A stretch of 64,000 nt of DNA from positions 64,001 to 128,000 of the forward strand of contig OY729428.2 of the NCBI GenBank assembly GCA_963422375.2, read 5' to 3'. The position numbers and the translations under genes were made by a program. Below are positions 46,225-55,302 of the stretch, piece after piece (the stretch's first letter is position 1; the number at the start of each line of letters is the position of its first letter). Source of the DNA: Bryobacterales bacterium. Its GTDB lineage: Bacteria > Acidobacteriota > Terriglobia > Bryobacterales > UBA6623. The notes beneath the pieces are model-generated. The model made no database searches and was not told the DNA's origin. It was given only the letters and a program-made list of their open reading frames with translations.

Positions 46225-47885
46225 CAGCGATTCTCAATTTGGGCATTTGGGGATTTCCAGAGTGTCTGAGAAAGGTGTCGAAGGCAGTCTGGCACTTGAC
46301 TTTTGCTTGCGGAATTTGTGAGCTAGGGTGTATGCCCCATGTCCTGGACTCACTGCCGAGCGCCTTCCGCGAGACGGCCGCCGGCCGGCCCGACCGGCGC
46401 GACGGTCGCAGCAACAAGCGCTACGAGGTCAGCGACGCCGCCGGTTGCGCCCCGGCCTGCTTCTTCACCCGGTGCGAGTCGTTCCTCGCGTTCCAGCGGC
46501 GCATGGAGCGGGACGGCTCCCGCTCCAACTGCCGGACCCTGTGCGGCGTGGGCCGCATCCCCTGCGACAGCCGGATCCGCAACTTGCTCGACGACCTCGA
46601 CCCGGCCGCGTTCGACCCGCTGTTCCGGCCGTGCCTCGCAACCGTGGCCGCGCAGGGCGCGCTCGCGCCCTTCCAGCGCCTCGACGAGCGCCTGCCGGCG
46701 GCTCCGGACGGCGTCCGGTTCCACCGCTCCGACAAGGTGCATGGCCCGCAGTGCTCGGTGCGGCGCGTCGGCAGCGAGCGCCGACCGCATCACTTCCACG
46801 CCATGGTCGCGGCCACCGCGGTAGCCGACGGCCACGCCACCGTCCTGCCGCTGATGCCCGAGTTCGCGTGCCCGCAGCAGGACGCGGCCGCGACCCGCGC
46901 CGACATGAGCGAGGACGAGCGCAAGCGGGACTGCGAGCGCAACGCCGCCAAGCGCTGGCTCGCCGCTCGCGGCGCCTGGCTGCAGGCCTGCCGCCCCGTC
47001 CTGCCGGGCGACGACCTGCTACTGCTGCCAGCCGGTCTGCGAGACCGCCGCGGCGGCCGGCATGGACTACATCCGGGTATGCAAGCCCGCATCCCACAAG
47101 CACTTGTACGAGGTGCCGGAGAGCCGGCGGGCGAGCGGCGCGGGAAGGGCAAGCGGTCCGAGCGGCACCGTTTTCGCCGGACGGCCGCGGTGCCCCTGCG
47201 CCAGGGCCGCGACGCCCTGCCGGGCACTTGGCTCGAGTACGCCGTGGAGCGCGACGGCAAGCGCACCTGCGCCAGCAGCTTCTTCGCCGGTCTCGCGGTC
47301 ACCGCGGACAACGCGGAGCGGATCGCGCGGGCCGGCCGGGCGCGCTGGAAGATCGAGAACGAGGGCTTCAAACGAGGGCTTCAACTGCCTGGCGCGGCAC
47401 GGCCGCAACTTCAAGCGCAACTTCGGGCACGGCAAGGAAGGGCTGGCCAACGTGCTGGCCGTGCTGAACCTGTTCGCCTTCGCGCTCCACGCCGTGGTGC
47501 AGTGCGTCTGTGCGCTGTGGCAGCAGTGCCGGCGCCAGCCGGTCACGCGCCGCGCCCTGTTGCAGGAGCTGCAGGTCGCGCTGCGCTGGTTCCGCTTCCC
47601 GGACCGGCCGACGCTGCTGGCGGCGGTGCGCGACGGACGCGCGCCTCCGGGCTGCCAGGCGGCCGGGCAGCCGGGGCCTGGACTCCGCGCAGTTTCGTGC
47701 CGGCAGCGTCCTGCCGCGGGCTCGGCACTCCGCGGACCCGCGACGCGGGCCGCACCACGGCCCTGCCCGCCGTCCGACGCTCCCGCGGGGCGGCCTCGGG
47801 AGCGCAACCTCTCGGTCAACTGATTCACCTCATCCTCCGAAACAACCTTCACGCACCCCCTTGACGGCCAAATTTAGAACCGCTG
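46225..47885 (+). mobile_element. ISNCY-type DDE insertion sequence, frameshifted
   Basis: IRs CAGCGATTCTCAATTTGG / CCAAATTTAGAACCGCTG; remnants SFLAFQRRM, DCERNAAKRW, GRARWKIENEGFN, NFGHG; no target duplication; family assignment tentative. Confidence 0.85.
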
Positions 47886-50715
47886 GCGGTTGGCACGACC
47901 GTCCCCCTCCTCGTCGAGCCAGAACGGCTCGCCGACCCTATATGGGTCCTCGTCCTGCTGCGCCGGCGGTCGTCGGTCGATCAAGCCGAAGCGGCGCACG
48001 GGACAGGCCAGATGTCGGGCCGCATTCGCGAGATCCTCGGCGGCAAGGCCCATGAGCGTGGTGCCGCCGGTGACGTTCACGAGCACGTTGTCCGCGCCGA
48101 TGAACTGCTCCCGCGCCTTCTTGGTCAGACGCTCTATCTCGGGGCGGCCGCCGCCGAAGGGGTCTTCGAGGGCGAGAGTCTGGACCGCGCCGGCGAACTC
48201 GGCACGGTTGATCGCGTCGACGATCAGTCCTTTCGTGTCATCGGAGCAGAGGACCAGACAGGTGTCCGGTTCGACGTCTGCATCCCGGCACGCATGCAGG
48301 GCGCTGAACAGCACGCCCGGACGCATACCGATCGGGCTGACCAGCACCTGCCGACCCGTGGCCTCCCCGAGGGAGAGGCTGAAACACGGACACGAACGCA
48401 GGGTTTTGCACCAGTACGTTTGGATTTCGCAGAGCCGTGACCGAGTTTGACTGTCGCCAACGAGAGGCTGGGGCCTCATGCCGTGGTGATGGAATGCATT
48501 GCGGAGGTCGGTGAGGTGTCTCCAAAAGACACCGAGCGCGCGTTGCTTATCCGTCAGGATCCGGTCAAGCTCAGGGTCATCCCTGATGGCCCTGATTGCG
48601 CCAAGTGTTTCCGCCGCCTTGCGGCGCACGTTCTGATAGTCGAGCCAGTCATGCTTTCCCGGATCGCGTCGGAGTACTGCCCAGGACACCGTCCACTCGT
48701 TCATCAGCCCGAGCGCGGTGGCGGCGTGGCCGTGCTCCAGCAAGGAGTCGATCACCCTCGCTTGACGCTTCATTTCCGTTCCTGATTACCAACGAACATC
48801 AGCCGAGGATATGCTATACTGGAGGAGGTCGGAAACCTCTGACAGGAAAGGGGATAGCTGATGAAACGCAATCGCGTGCAATTCCAGAAGGGACTCAGCC
48901 TGGGCAAGTTCCTGCAGCGCTACGGCAGCGAGGGGCAATGCGAGCAGGCCGTCTTCAAGGCCCGCTGGCCGGACGGCTTCCGCTGCCCGGAGTGCGGCTC
49001 CCGGCGGCACTGCCGCATCCGCTCCCGCAAGCTCTGGCAGTGCCATGCCTGCCACCGCCGGACCTCCCTCGTCGCCGGCACGATCTTCGCCGCCACCCAG
49101 CTGCCGCTGACCGTCCGGTTCCTGGCGCTCCTCCTGCTGACGCAGGGCAAGCACGGCGTTTCGTCGCTGGAACTGGCGCGGCAGCCGGGGGTCAGCCGGA
49201 ACACGGCCTGGAAGATGAAGCACAAGCTCTTGCAAGTGATGAAGGAGCGCGACGAGCGCGTGCCGCCGGGCGGCATCGTGCAGGTGGACGACGCCTACTG
49301 GGGCCTGCTGGGGCGGGGAGCGGAGCGGCGGCCAGCGCGGGCGCGGCGCGGCGGGCAAGACGCCGTTCGTCGCCGCCGTGCAGGTCACCGCCGCCGGCCA
49401 GCCGGCAAGGATGCGCCTGAGCAGCGTGGCGGGCTTCCGCAAGAAGACGCTGGCAGCGTGGGCCGGGCGGCACTTGCAGCCCGGCACGAAGGTGCATTCC
49501 GACGGCCCGGCCTGCTTCCGGGGCGTGGCCGACGCCGGCTGCGAGCACGTGCCGACCGTCACCGCAGGCGGGCAGCGGAGCTGCGCGGATTCCCGCTTCG
49601 TCCGGGTCAACACGATGCTGGGGAACGTCAAGCAGTCCCTGGCGGGAACCTGCCATGCGCTCGACGGCAAGCACCTGCCGCGGTACCTCGCCGAGTTCCG
49701 CTACCGCTTCAACCGCCGCTACGATCCGGAGGCGCTGGTCCCCCGCCTGCTCCACGCCTCCGTGCGCACCCCGCCCATGCCTTACCGCCTCCTAACCTTG
49801 GCTGAGTCTTGTGGGTAATCAGGTTTCCGTTTCGGACAGGCCAACGCGCCGCTTCCATCCGTTACTCGAAGGCAGCTCGGCCAGCGCGAAGTTCGCAAGG
49901 ATCCCGTCGAGCCGCCCGATCAGATCGCTGGCCAGCGGCAGACGATGGTTGTCCTCGAAGAGCCCCTTCAATGGCTTGAGCTTCTGCTCGCGGAAGAGGC
50001 GCGACTGTCGGCCGAGTTCCAACGGCAACCCCGACAGATAGCTCTCGGAGATGTGCGACAGCCCCGCCACGATCTGCCGCCTCGCCTGCGGTGCCCTTCC
50101 GCCCTCGTCGATGTGTGGTTTGCTCTGGATCGCTTCCGCCATCGGCAGTGCGCTGCCGGTGTCGCGAAGCACTTCCAGCGCGTGCGTCCAGCGAGGCAGC
50201 TCGAGGAGCGGTCGCAGGTCGAGGAATGGACTGGTACCGTCGGGGCCTTGGCCAAGCAGACCGTAGTACGCTCCCCGCACCCGCGCGCCGCGCAGGGCCG
50301 CGAGGTACTGGACCGCAACATAGGTCAGAAAGGAGTAGTGGCGGAACCCGTGCGTCACGTCCACGGTCAGTTCGGCGTTCGCCGGAATGGCATCAGCGAC
50401 TTTCTGCAGAAAGTCGTCGATGTCGGCTTGGTCGCTACCAGACGGGACGTCGATCCGTTCCGATTCGCACTCTTTGTTGCGATGGTCGAGTTCCTCGACG
50501 AGGATTGGCCAAGTCGCTACGGCTGCCTCGGGGGTGCAGATGGCAACGAGGCGTTCGGGCCTGCTTGCTTCCGGCAGCAACTCAATCAGGGCGACTGGCG
50601 CAAGTGTCGCCAGGAACCGCCGGTGTTCCAATGCGTATATGGTGCGGACCTTGCGTTTCCCGAGCACTGTCAGAAGAACATGCCCGCGACCCGTGCTGTC
50701 AGGATGCGTCGTCAT
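47874..50715 (-). pseudogene. Csx1/TM1812-like CARF-HEPN protein with a second, C-terminal CARF domain; split by IS1595
   Basis: VDVTHGFRH (DxTHG), LRNAFHH (RxxxxH HEPN), C-terminal VSPIGMRP...VNVTGGTTLM; removing the IS and one 8-bp duplicate restores a single frame of about 596 aa. Confidence 0.88.
48781..49823 (+). mobile_element. IS1595 family element (type A, copy 2)
   Basis: Same ends as the 22849 copy; 8-bp target duplication TTTCCGTT; frameshifted transposase. Confidence 0.95.
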
Positions 50716-53072
50716 CAGCGATCCATCGGTCGGCACAGCCCGTAGCCCCGAAACCGTCCGGCTCCGACCAGCACCGGCCCGGTAACCGGCAGATCGAAAA
50801 CGATCACCGCGTGGGCATGACTCTGCCGCCCGCCGTCGCGCTTGCGCATGAGCCGGGGGAAATCCCGTGCATGGGGAACGCCTTCGGCCAAGGACACCGG
50901 GTGCAACAGCACCTCGCGTGGGCGCGGGAGCCCGATGTGTTTGCACGCGTCCTTGACGCTCTCGGCCGCACGTTCCCAACGATCGCCCCCGTCGAAGTGC
51001 CGGTTCAGCACCACCGGAGTCACGCTCACCCAAGTGCGCGAGGCTGCGGTCCAGGTGCGCGGAGCGAGGTTGACCGGTGGGCGCTCGCGGATGTCGAGCG
51101 CTGCCGTGCACTCGAGCCACTCCCCGTCGAACAGGCGGTGTTCGCGGGGGAGACCAGTGTCAATGGCATGCAGAATGGGCCCGAGGACACGACCCGCTTC
51201 GCCGGGCGCCAGCGCGCGCGGCAGGCTCATGGCCATGCCAAGGATCCTGCCGTCCGCATGGGGTGCGCCGACGAACGGCAGCGGTGCCAGCGCCAAATGC
51301 GGCTCGGTCGTGGCTCGTCCGTCAGCATCATGGCCGCTAAACCACTCGGGGGGTGGCTGCACCGCGCATTCGCGCATCAGCAGGCCGCGCAGGGCCGCCG
51401 TCAGCTTGAGCGTCGCCGGCAGGGAGGCGCGACTGCCGGTGATGGCGAAGACGACGATGCGCGGGTCGAAGATCGACCGGGGCTCGACTTCCGGCAGAGG
51501 CTCTTGCGGACGTGCATAGCCCTGCCACTTCCTGGGAACCGGCCGCATGGGTGCGCGAGGCGTGCCGTCCGGGAATCGTTCCTCAAGCCGCGCCGTCAGG
51601 TCCTTGATGCGTCGTCTCTGCTCGCGAGGACTTCTTGCGTGACTTTGGCAGCCTCCTTGGCGGACAGCCGCAGCAAGCCGATCTCGTATGGTGTCAACAT
51701 CCGGGGAGCGGGTGAGGTACCGAGCCTCCGATTGAGTAAGGCAATCGAAGGCGTGGCCGAACTGCTCGCTCCACCTGTTTTCGAGTTCCGGGCCGTGCTT
51801 TTCTCTGAGTTCATGGATTTGCTCCTGTGTCGGGTTCAATTTCGCGGAATAGGGCTTTCCCGTCAAACCGATCGCGCCAATTACCGTACCACCCTTACTC
51901 TCAACCCAACCGCGCAGATTCGCCAGCGTGCGGCCCTGCCCGATGAAGTCGTCCACCAGCAGGCACTCGCGGCCCGACAGCACCTTGCCATCGAATGCAG
52001 CTTGCCGGCCCAGCCGACCGTAGCCATCGGCGCCGGTGTGGCCAACAATGTTCGTCTGGACGATGTCGGTATCGAACGGAATCGCGAAACGCTCGCTGAT
52101 CAGTTGGGCCAGCGCGGCCGGGATCGCATTGAATCCCTCGCGTTCGTAGGCATGCGCGCTGACGAGTAACGGCTGGCCGCCCTCCCTCCCGTCGAACAGC
52201 AAGCGAACCTTGGCCAGACCCGCCTCGTCTACCAACGCGTCAACGAGCCGGGCGGCGGCGGCGGCGGAACCCGACTTCGCGGCTGCGTATTCAGAATGAG
52301 CCTTGGTTTCTCGCTCGGGAGCCAAAAGAACGGCATCGGGGAAGTCTCTCCAAGGCACTCTTGGCGGTTGCTTCATTGCTTTCAACGCGGTTTTCGCCCG
52401 ATCAATCTCGTCGCTCAGGTCATGGTAAGCAATCCAGGAGTCGCGATTGGCCAACTCCGCGAGGCGAACGAGGCGGTTGGCGGAGGGCACGCGCAGGCGC
52501 AGGTCCGCGAGGCCTTCCGTCGGCACCCAGGTCGCCGGGATGTCCGAGCCGTTGTGGATCCACGCCTGCACGAAGGATGCGGGGTGACCGACATGCGTGA
52601 CTTTGGTCGCCAGGTTCATTAGGGCATTGCCATGCCCGTCCAGTGCTTCCGGCCAGATGAGATGCGCGGTGGGATCATGGGGGATGGCCACCGGAAACCG
52701 GCGCCCCCGGTGTCCTGGCAACAGGGCTAGTCCGGCTTTCTGGAGCTTGTCGTGTTTCTTCTTGAAGCCCTTCAGCTTGGAGAGATCCAGGAGCTTAGCT
52801 GAGCGGCGCCTTTGAGCATCGTTGACGGGCACGTAGCTGACGACGGAAGTGCGTTGGCAGGCGTCGGAAGCTGCGATTGCGGGCGGGTCGAGCCGCTCCA
52901 GCCAACGCAGGGCAGCACCTTCATCCGTGTCTTCGCCGGTCTCGAACCATGCCGCCGCCAAGGCCATGAATACCCGGTCCGGGTGCGGCTGCCACTCAGC
53001 TTGCGTCTTTCGCGCGCCATCGGCGGCAGCCATCGACCATCCGTTCAGGTAGCGGACACCGAGGACGAACAT
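50715..53072 (-). CDS. csb2: Type I-G Csb2 (Cas5/Cas6 fusion) with an internal phosphoribosyltransferase-fold domain, 785 aa
   Basis: N-term AEWQPHPDRVFMAL, YVPVND; C-term LPFVGAPHADG, WVSVTPVVL, GPVLVGAGRFRGYGLC; insert with LLVDDFIGQGRTL; TGATG overlaps at both ends. Confidence 0.9.
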   Translation of the reverse strand: MFVLGVRYLNGWSMAAADGARKTQAEWQPHPDRVFMALAAAWFETGEDTDEGAALRWLERLDPPAIAASDACQRTSVVSYVPVNDAQRRRSAKLLDLSKLKGFKKKHDKLQKAGLALLPGHRGRRFPVAIPHDPTAHLIWPEALDGHGNALMNLATKVTHVGHPASFVQAWIHNGSDIPATWVPTEGLADLRLRVPSANRLVRLAELANRDSWIAYHDLSDEIDRAKTALKAMKQPPRVPWRDFPDAVLLAPERETKAHSEYAAAKSGSAAAAARLVDALVDEAGLAKVRLLFDGREGGQPLLVSAHAYEREGFNAIPAALAQLISERFAIPFDTDIVQTNIVGHTGADGYGRLGRQAAFDGKVLSGRECLLVDDFIGQGRTLANLRGWVESKGGTVIGAIGLTGKPYSAKLNPTQEQIHELREKHGPELENRWSEQFGHAFDCLTQSEARYLTRSPDVDTIRDRLAAAVRQGGCQSHARSPREQRRRIKDLTARLEERFPDGTPRAPMRPVPRKWQGYARPQEPLPEVEPRSIFDPRIVVFAITGSRASLPATLKLTAALRGLLMRECAVQPPPEWFSGHDADGRATTEPHLALAPLPFVGAPHADGRILGMAMSLPRALAPGEAGRVLGPILHAIDTGLPREHRLFDGEWLECTAALDIRERPPVNLAPRTWTAASRTWVSVTPVVLNRHFDGGDRWERAAESVKDACKHIGLPRPREVLLHPVSLAEGVPHARDFPRLMRKRDGGRQSHAHAVIVFDLPVTGPVLVGAGRFRGYGLCRPMDR

Positions 53073-54364
53073 CAACCCGCCTCCGCTCCGCCTCCGCTCG
53101 CCAGATTCTGGCTGCGCCGCACGAGTTGAACCAGTTCCGGGGAGGGGGAAAGTTCGATGACGCCTTCCCAAGGCAATCCGGCCTTCCTTGCCGCCTGGAT
53201 CGCTGCGGTCAACATGTCCAGCGCGGTATCCGCATCAAGCGCGAACTCCGCCGGTGCTTCTCCCGGCCGGTCGAGAAGCTGCCAGGCCGACGGTCCTTCC
53301 GCGAACAGGTGGCAACGAGAGCGAAGGTCCACATCCTCGCGGGCCAGCGTCCCTGCCGTGAGTCCCAATGCAGCGAGCACGGTGCGGGCGGCGATGTCTA
53401 CCTCGGAGTTTGCGGCACCATCAAGCGGGAATCGCAGACGTCGCAACACAGCGAGCGACAGCGTGGATGTCTGGACGGCTCGCGATATGGTGAACCCACC
53501 GCGAATGCGAGGTCGAACCTTTACCTCCTGGCCACGTTCGTCGATTCTGGTCTCGTATTGGATAAGATTCCTATTGTCTAGCACATACGCAATATCCGGC
53601 GTAACGTTGCCGTGATTCGCCTCCGATGGTCGGCCGGTAGGCCTGTTCCCGCTGCCCAACCTTGAAGCGCTTTCTTCCAGCGTCCAATGTGAAGCGTCCT
53701 GCCGTGCAGGCTCCCGCCTGTACAACTTACCAGCCCCGAGCATGATTTGCGCCGGGTCGATGCGACTCGACGTGTTCACTCCCGGCACTGCGTCGTATCC
53801 GACGATCTCCGACACCAGTGCGCGCTGGAACTTGGCACCTAGGCCGCCACGCGGTCCGGCCGAGTCCCACAAGCCGAACACTAGGGCGGTGGGGCACAGG
53901 CCGAATAACCCGGTAGCGTTGCGGATGTCGGCCGTGTCGAGCACACGGCCGGTATCCGAGTAGCGAAACATCACGCCGTCGAGCAGGCTGTCGCGGAACA
54001 AGGCGTCCGCAATGCGGTGCGGCGCCTCCAGGCTGTTCACCGCGAACTTCTTGGGGAGTTCCTCATCATCGAAGCGTGTCACTAGGAAGGTGAGAGCTAC
54101 CCGGTTCGAGCGGTGCGCTTCGAGCAACGCCAATTCCATCCGGTTGGCCTGTGACTGCACTGAGTCGAGCAGGACGCACTGGCGCACCTCGCCCGTCTTC
54201 GGATCGACTCGTTCCTCCGTGGCGTACTTACCGCCTCCATAGGTCGGCGGAAACACCTTGTCGCCGGGTCCGCCGACCGGCTGATAGCCGGTTACGCATC
54301 GGAACGCCGCCGCCGTGCCGGCCACGGCATCCCGCAAGGTCGTCAGGTCGAGTTCGGTTGTCAT
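53072..54364 (-). CDS. csb1: Type I-G Cas7 (Csb1/Cas7g)
   Basis: KVFPPTY, VLLDSVQSQANRME, EAPHRIADA, LVFGLWDS, LRRLRFP, DLRSRCHL; AAGGAG RBS. Confidence 0.95.
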   Translation of the reverse strand: MTTELDLTTLRDAVAGTAAAFRCVTGYQPVGGPGDKVFPPTYGGGKYATEERVDPKTGEVRQCVLLDSVQSQANRMELALLEAHRSNRVALTFLVTRFDDEELPKKFAVNSLEAPHRIADALFRDSLLDGVMFRYSDTGRVLDTADIRNATGLFGLCPTALVFGLWDSAGPRGGLGAKFQRALVSEIVGYDAVPGVNTSSRIDPAQIMLGAGKLYRREPARQDASHWTLEESASRLGSGNRPTGRPSEANHGNVTPDIAYVLDNRNLIQYETRIDERGQEVKVRPRIRGGFTISRAVQTSTLSLAVLRRLRFPLDGAANSEVDIAARTVLAALGLTAGTLAREDVDLRSRCHLFAEGPSAWQLLDRPGEAPAEFALDADTALDMLTAAIQAARKAGLPWEGVIELSPSPELVQLVRRSQNLASGGGAEAG

Positions 54365-54381
54365 GTTGTCTCCTTCTTCGG

Positions 54382-55302
54382 TCACGCCGGACGGGCGATG
54401 GCGAAATTTCTATACTTGCCGACGGTAATCCGGTGGCTCCGGTATACCTCAACGATGCCCACGGCGTGCAGGGCCGATCGGTCCGGCTCGGATGCTTGGG
54501 TCTTGGCCATCGCGAGCACGGAGCGCACCACGTCGACGCCGAGTGGGCAGTTCCAGAGGGGCCAACTGAACGCGGTGGTTCGTCCGCTCCCCATAAATCC
54601 GGTGGTTTCCAGTCGCTTCCCGTTCGGTGCCGTTGGAAGCAGTGGAAGCGCTTCGACCGCGAGTCGATTCGCCCCGCGCATCGTGGGGACGCCATCGCCG
54701 TCGGACGGATTGGCCCAGCACAGAGCGTGTCACCGATCCTCTTGTGGGTCCCAGCGAAGGCCTAGCTTGCGGTCCGAGTAGGTCCAAGTCTCGAACAATA
54801 ATCGACGCAGGTCGCAGGTGGCCGTCTCCTTTACCAGTTGCTTCATCGTGCCGAGAAAGTGCTGATGTCCGGACCCGCTCATGGTTCGGAGCGCGGTGTC
54901 CTGAATGATCTTGCCGTCGCCGGCCTCCAGCGCATCGCAACCGAATGCCGCCATAAAGTCGGCGTGGACTCGCTCCCGGGGCGAAGCGCAATGTTGGGCT
55001 TTGTGGGCTACTTTACGGAATTGTTTGGGGCTGACAGCTAGGTTCTTGTCGAAATCAAATTCCGGCGTTTCTCGCGCAAGAGCCGATGCGAGCAATTCGA
55101 CCAATTCTTCGGGGGGGATGCCCCGACTGGTCACCAGTTCGGGGGACCAGATCGCGCCGTGCGAGAGCCACTTCATGCGCCAGCCGCAGTACGGCTTGGC
55201 CAACGTTGCCGTTCGCAACGTCCCCACCGCAGCCAGGAATCCCAGCGGATTACTTCCATCCAAGCCGCTCAGCAACAGCCTCGGACTTTCATCCCTCGGC
55301 AT
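54382..55302 (-). pseudogene. Type I-G short large subunit (Cas8g2/Csb3-like) with an in-frame TGA
   Basis: LSGLDGSNPLGFLAAVG, SGHQHFL, LRWDPQEDR*HAL, GANRLAVEALPLLP; both track ORFs share a frame across the stop at 54730-54732; position between cas3 and csb1. Confidence 0.8.

Noticed and set aside
53073..53171. Track start giving an 818-aa Csb2
   Set aside because: It overlaps csb1. The ATG at 53072 gives a TGATG coupling and a typical Csb2 N-terminus.
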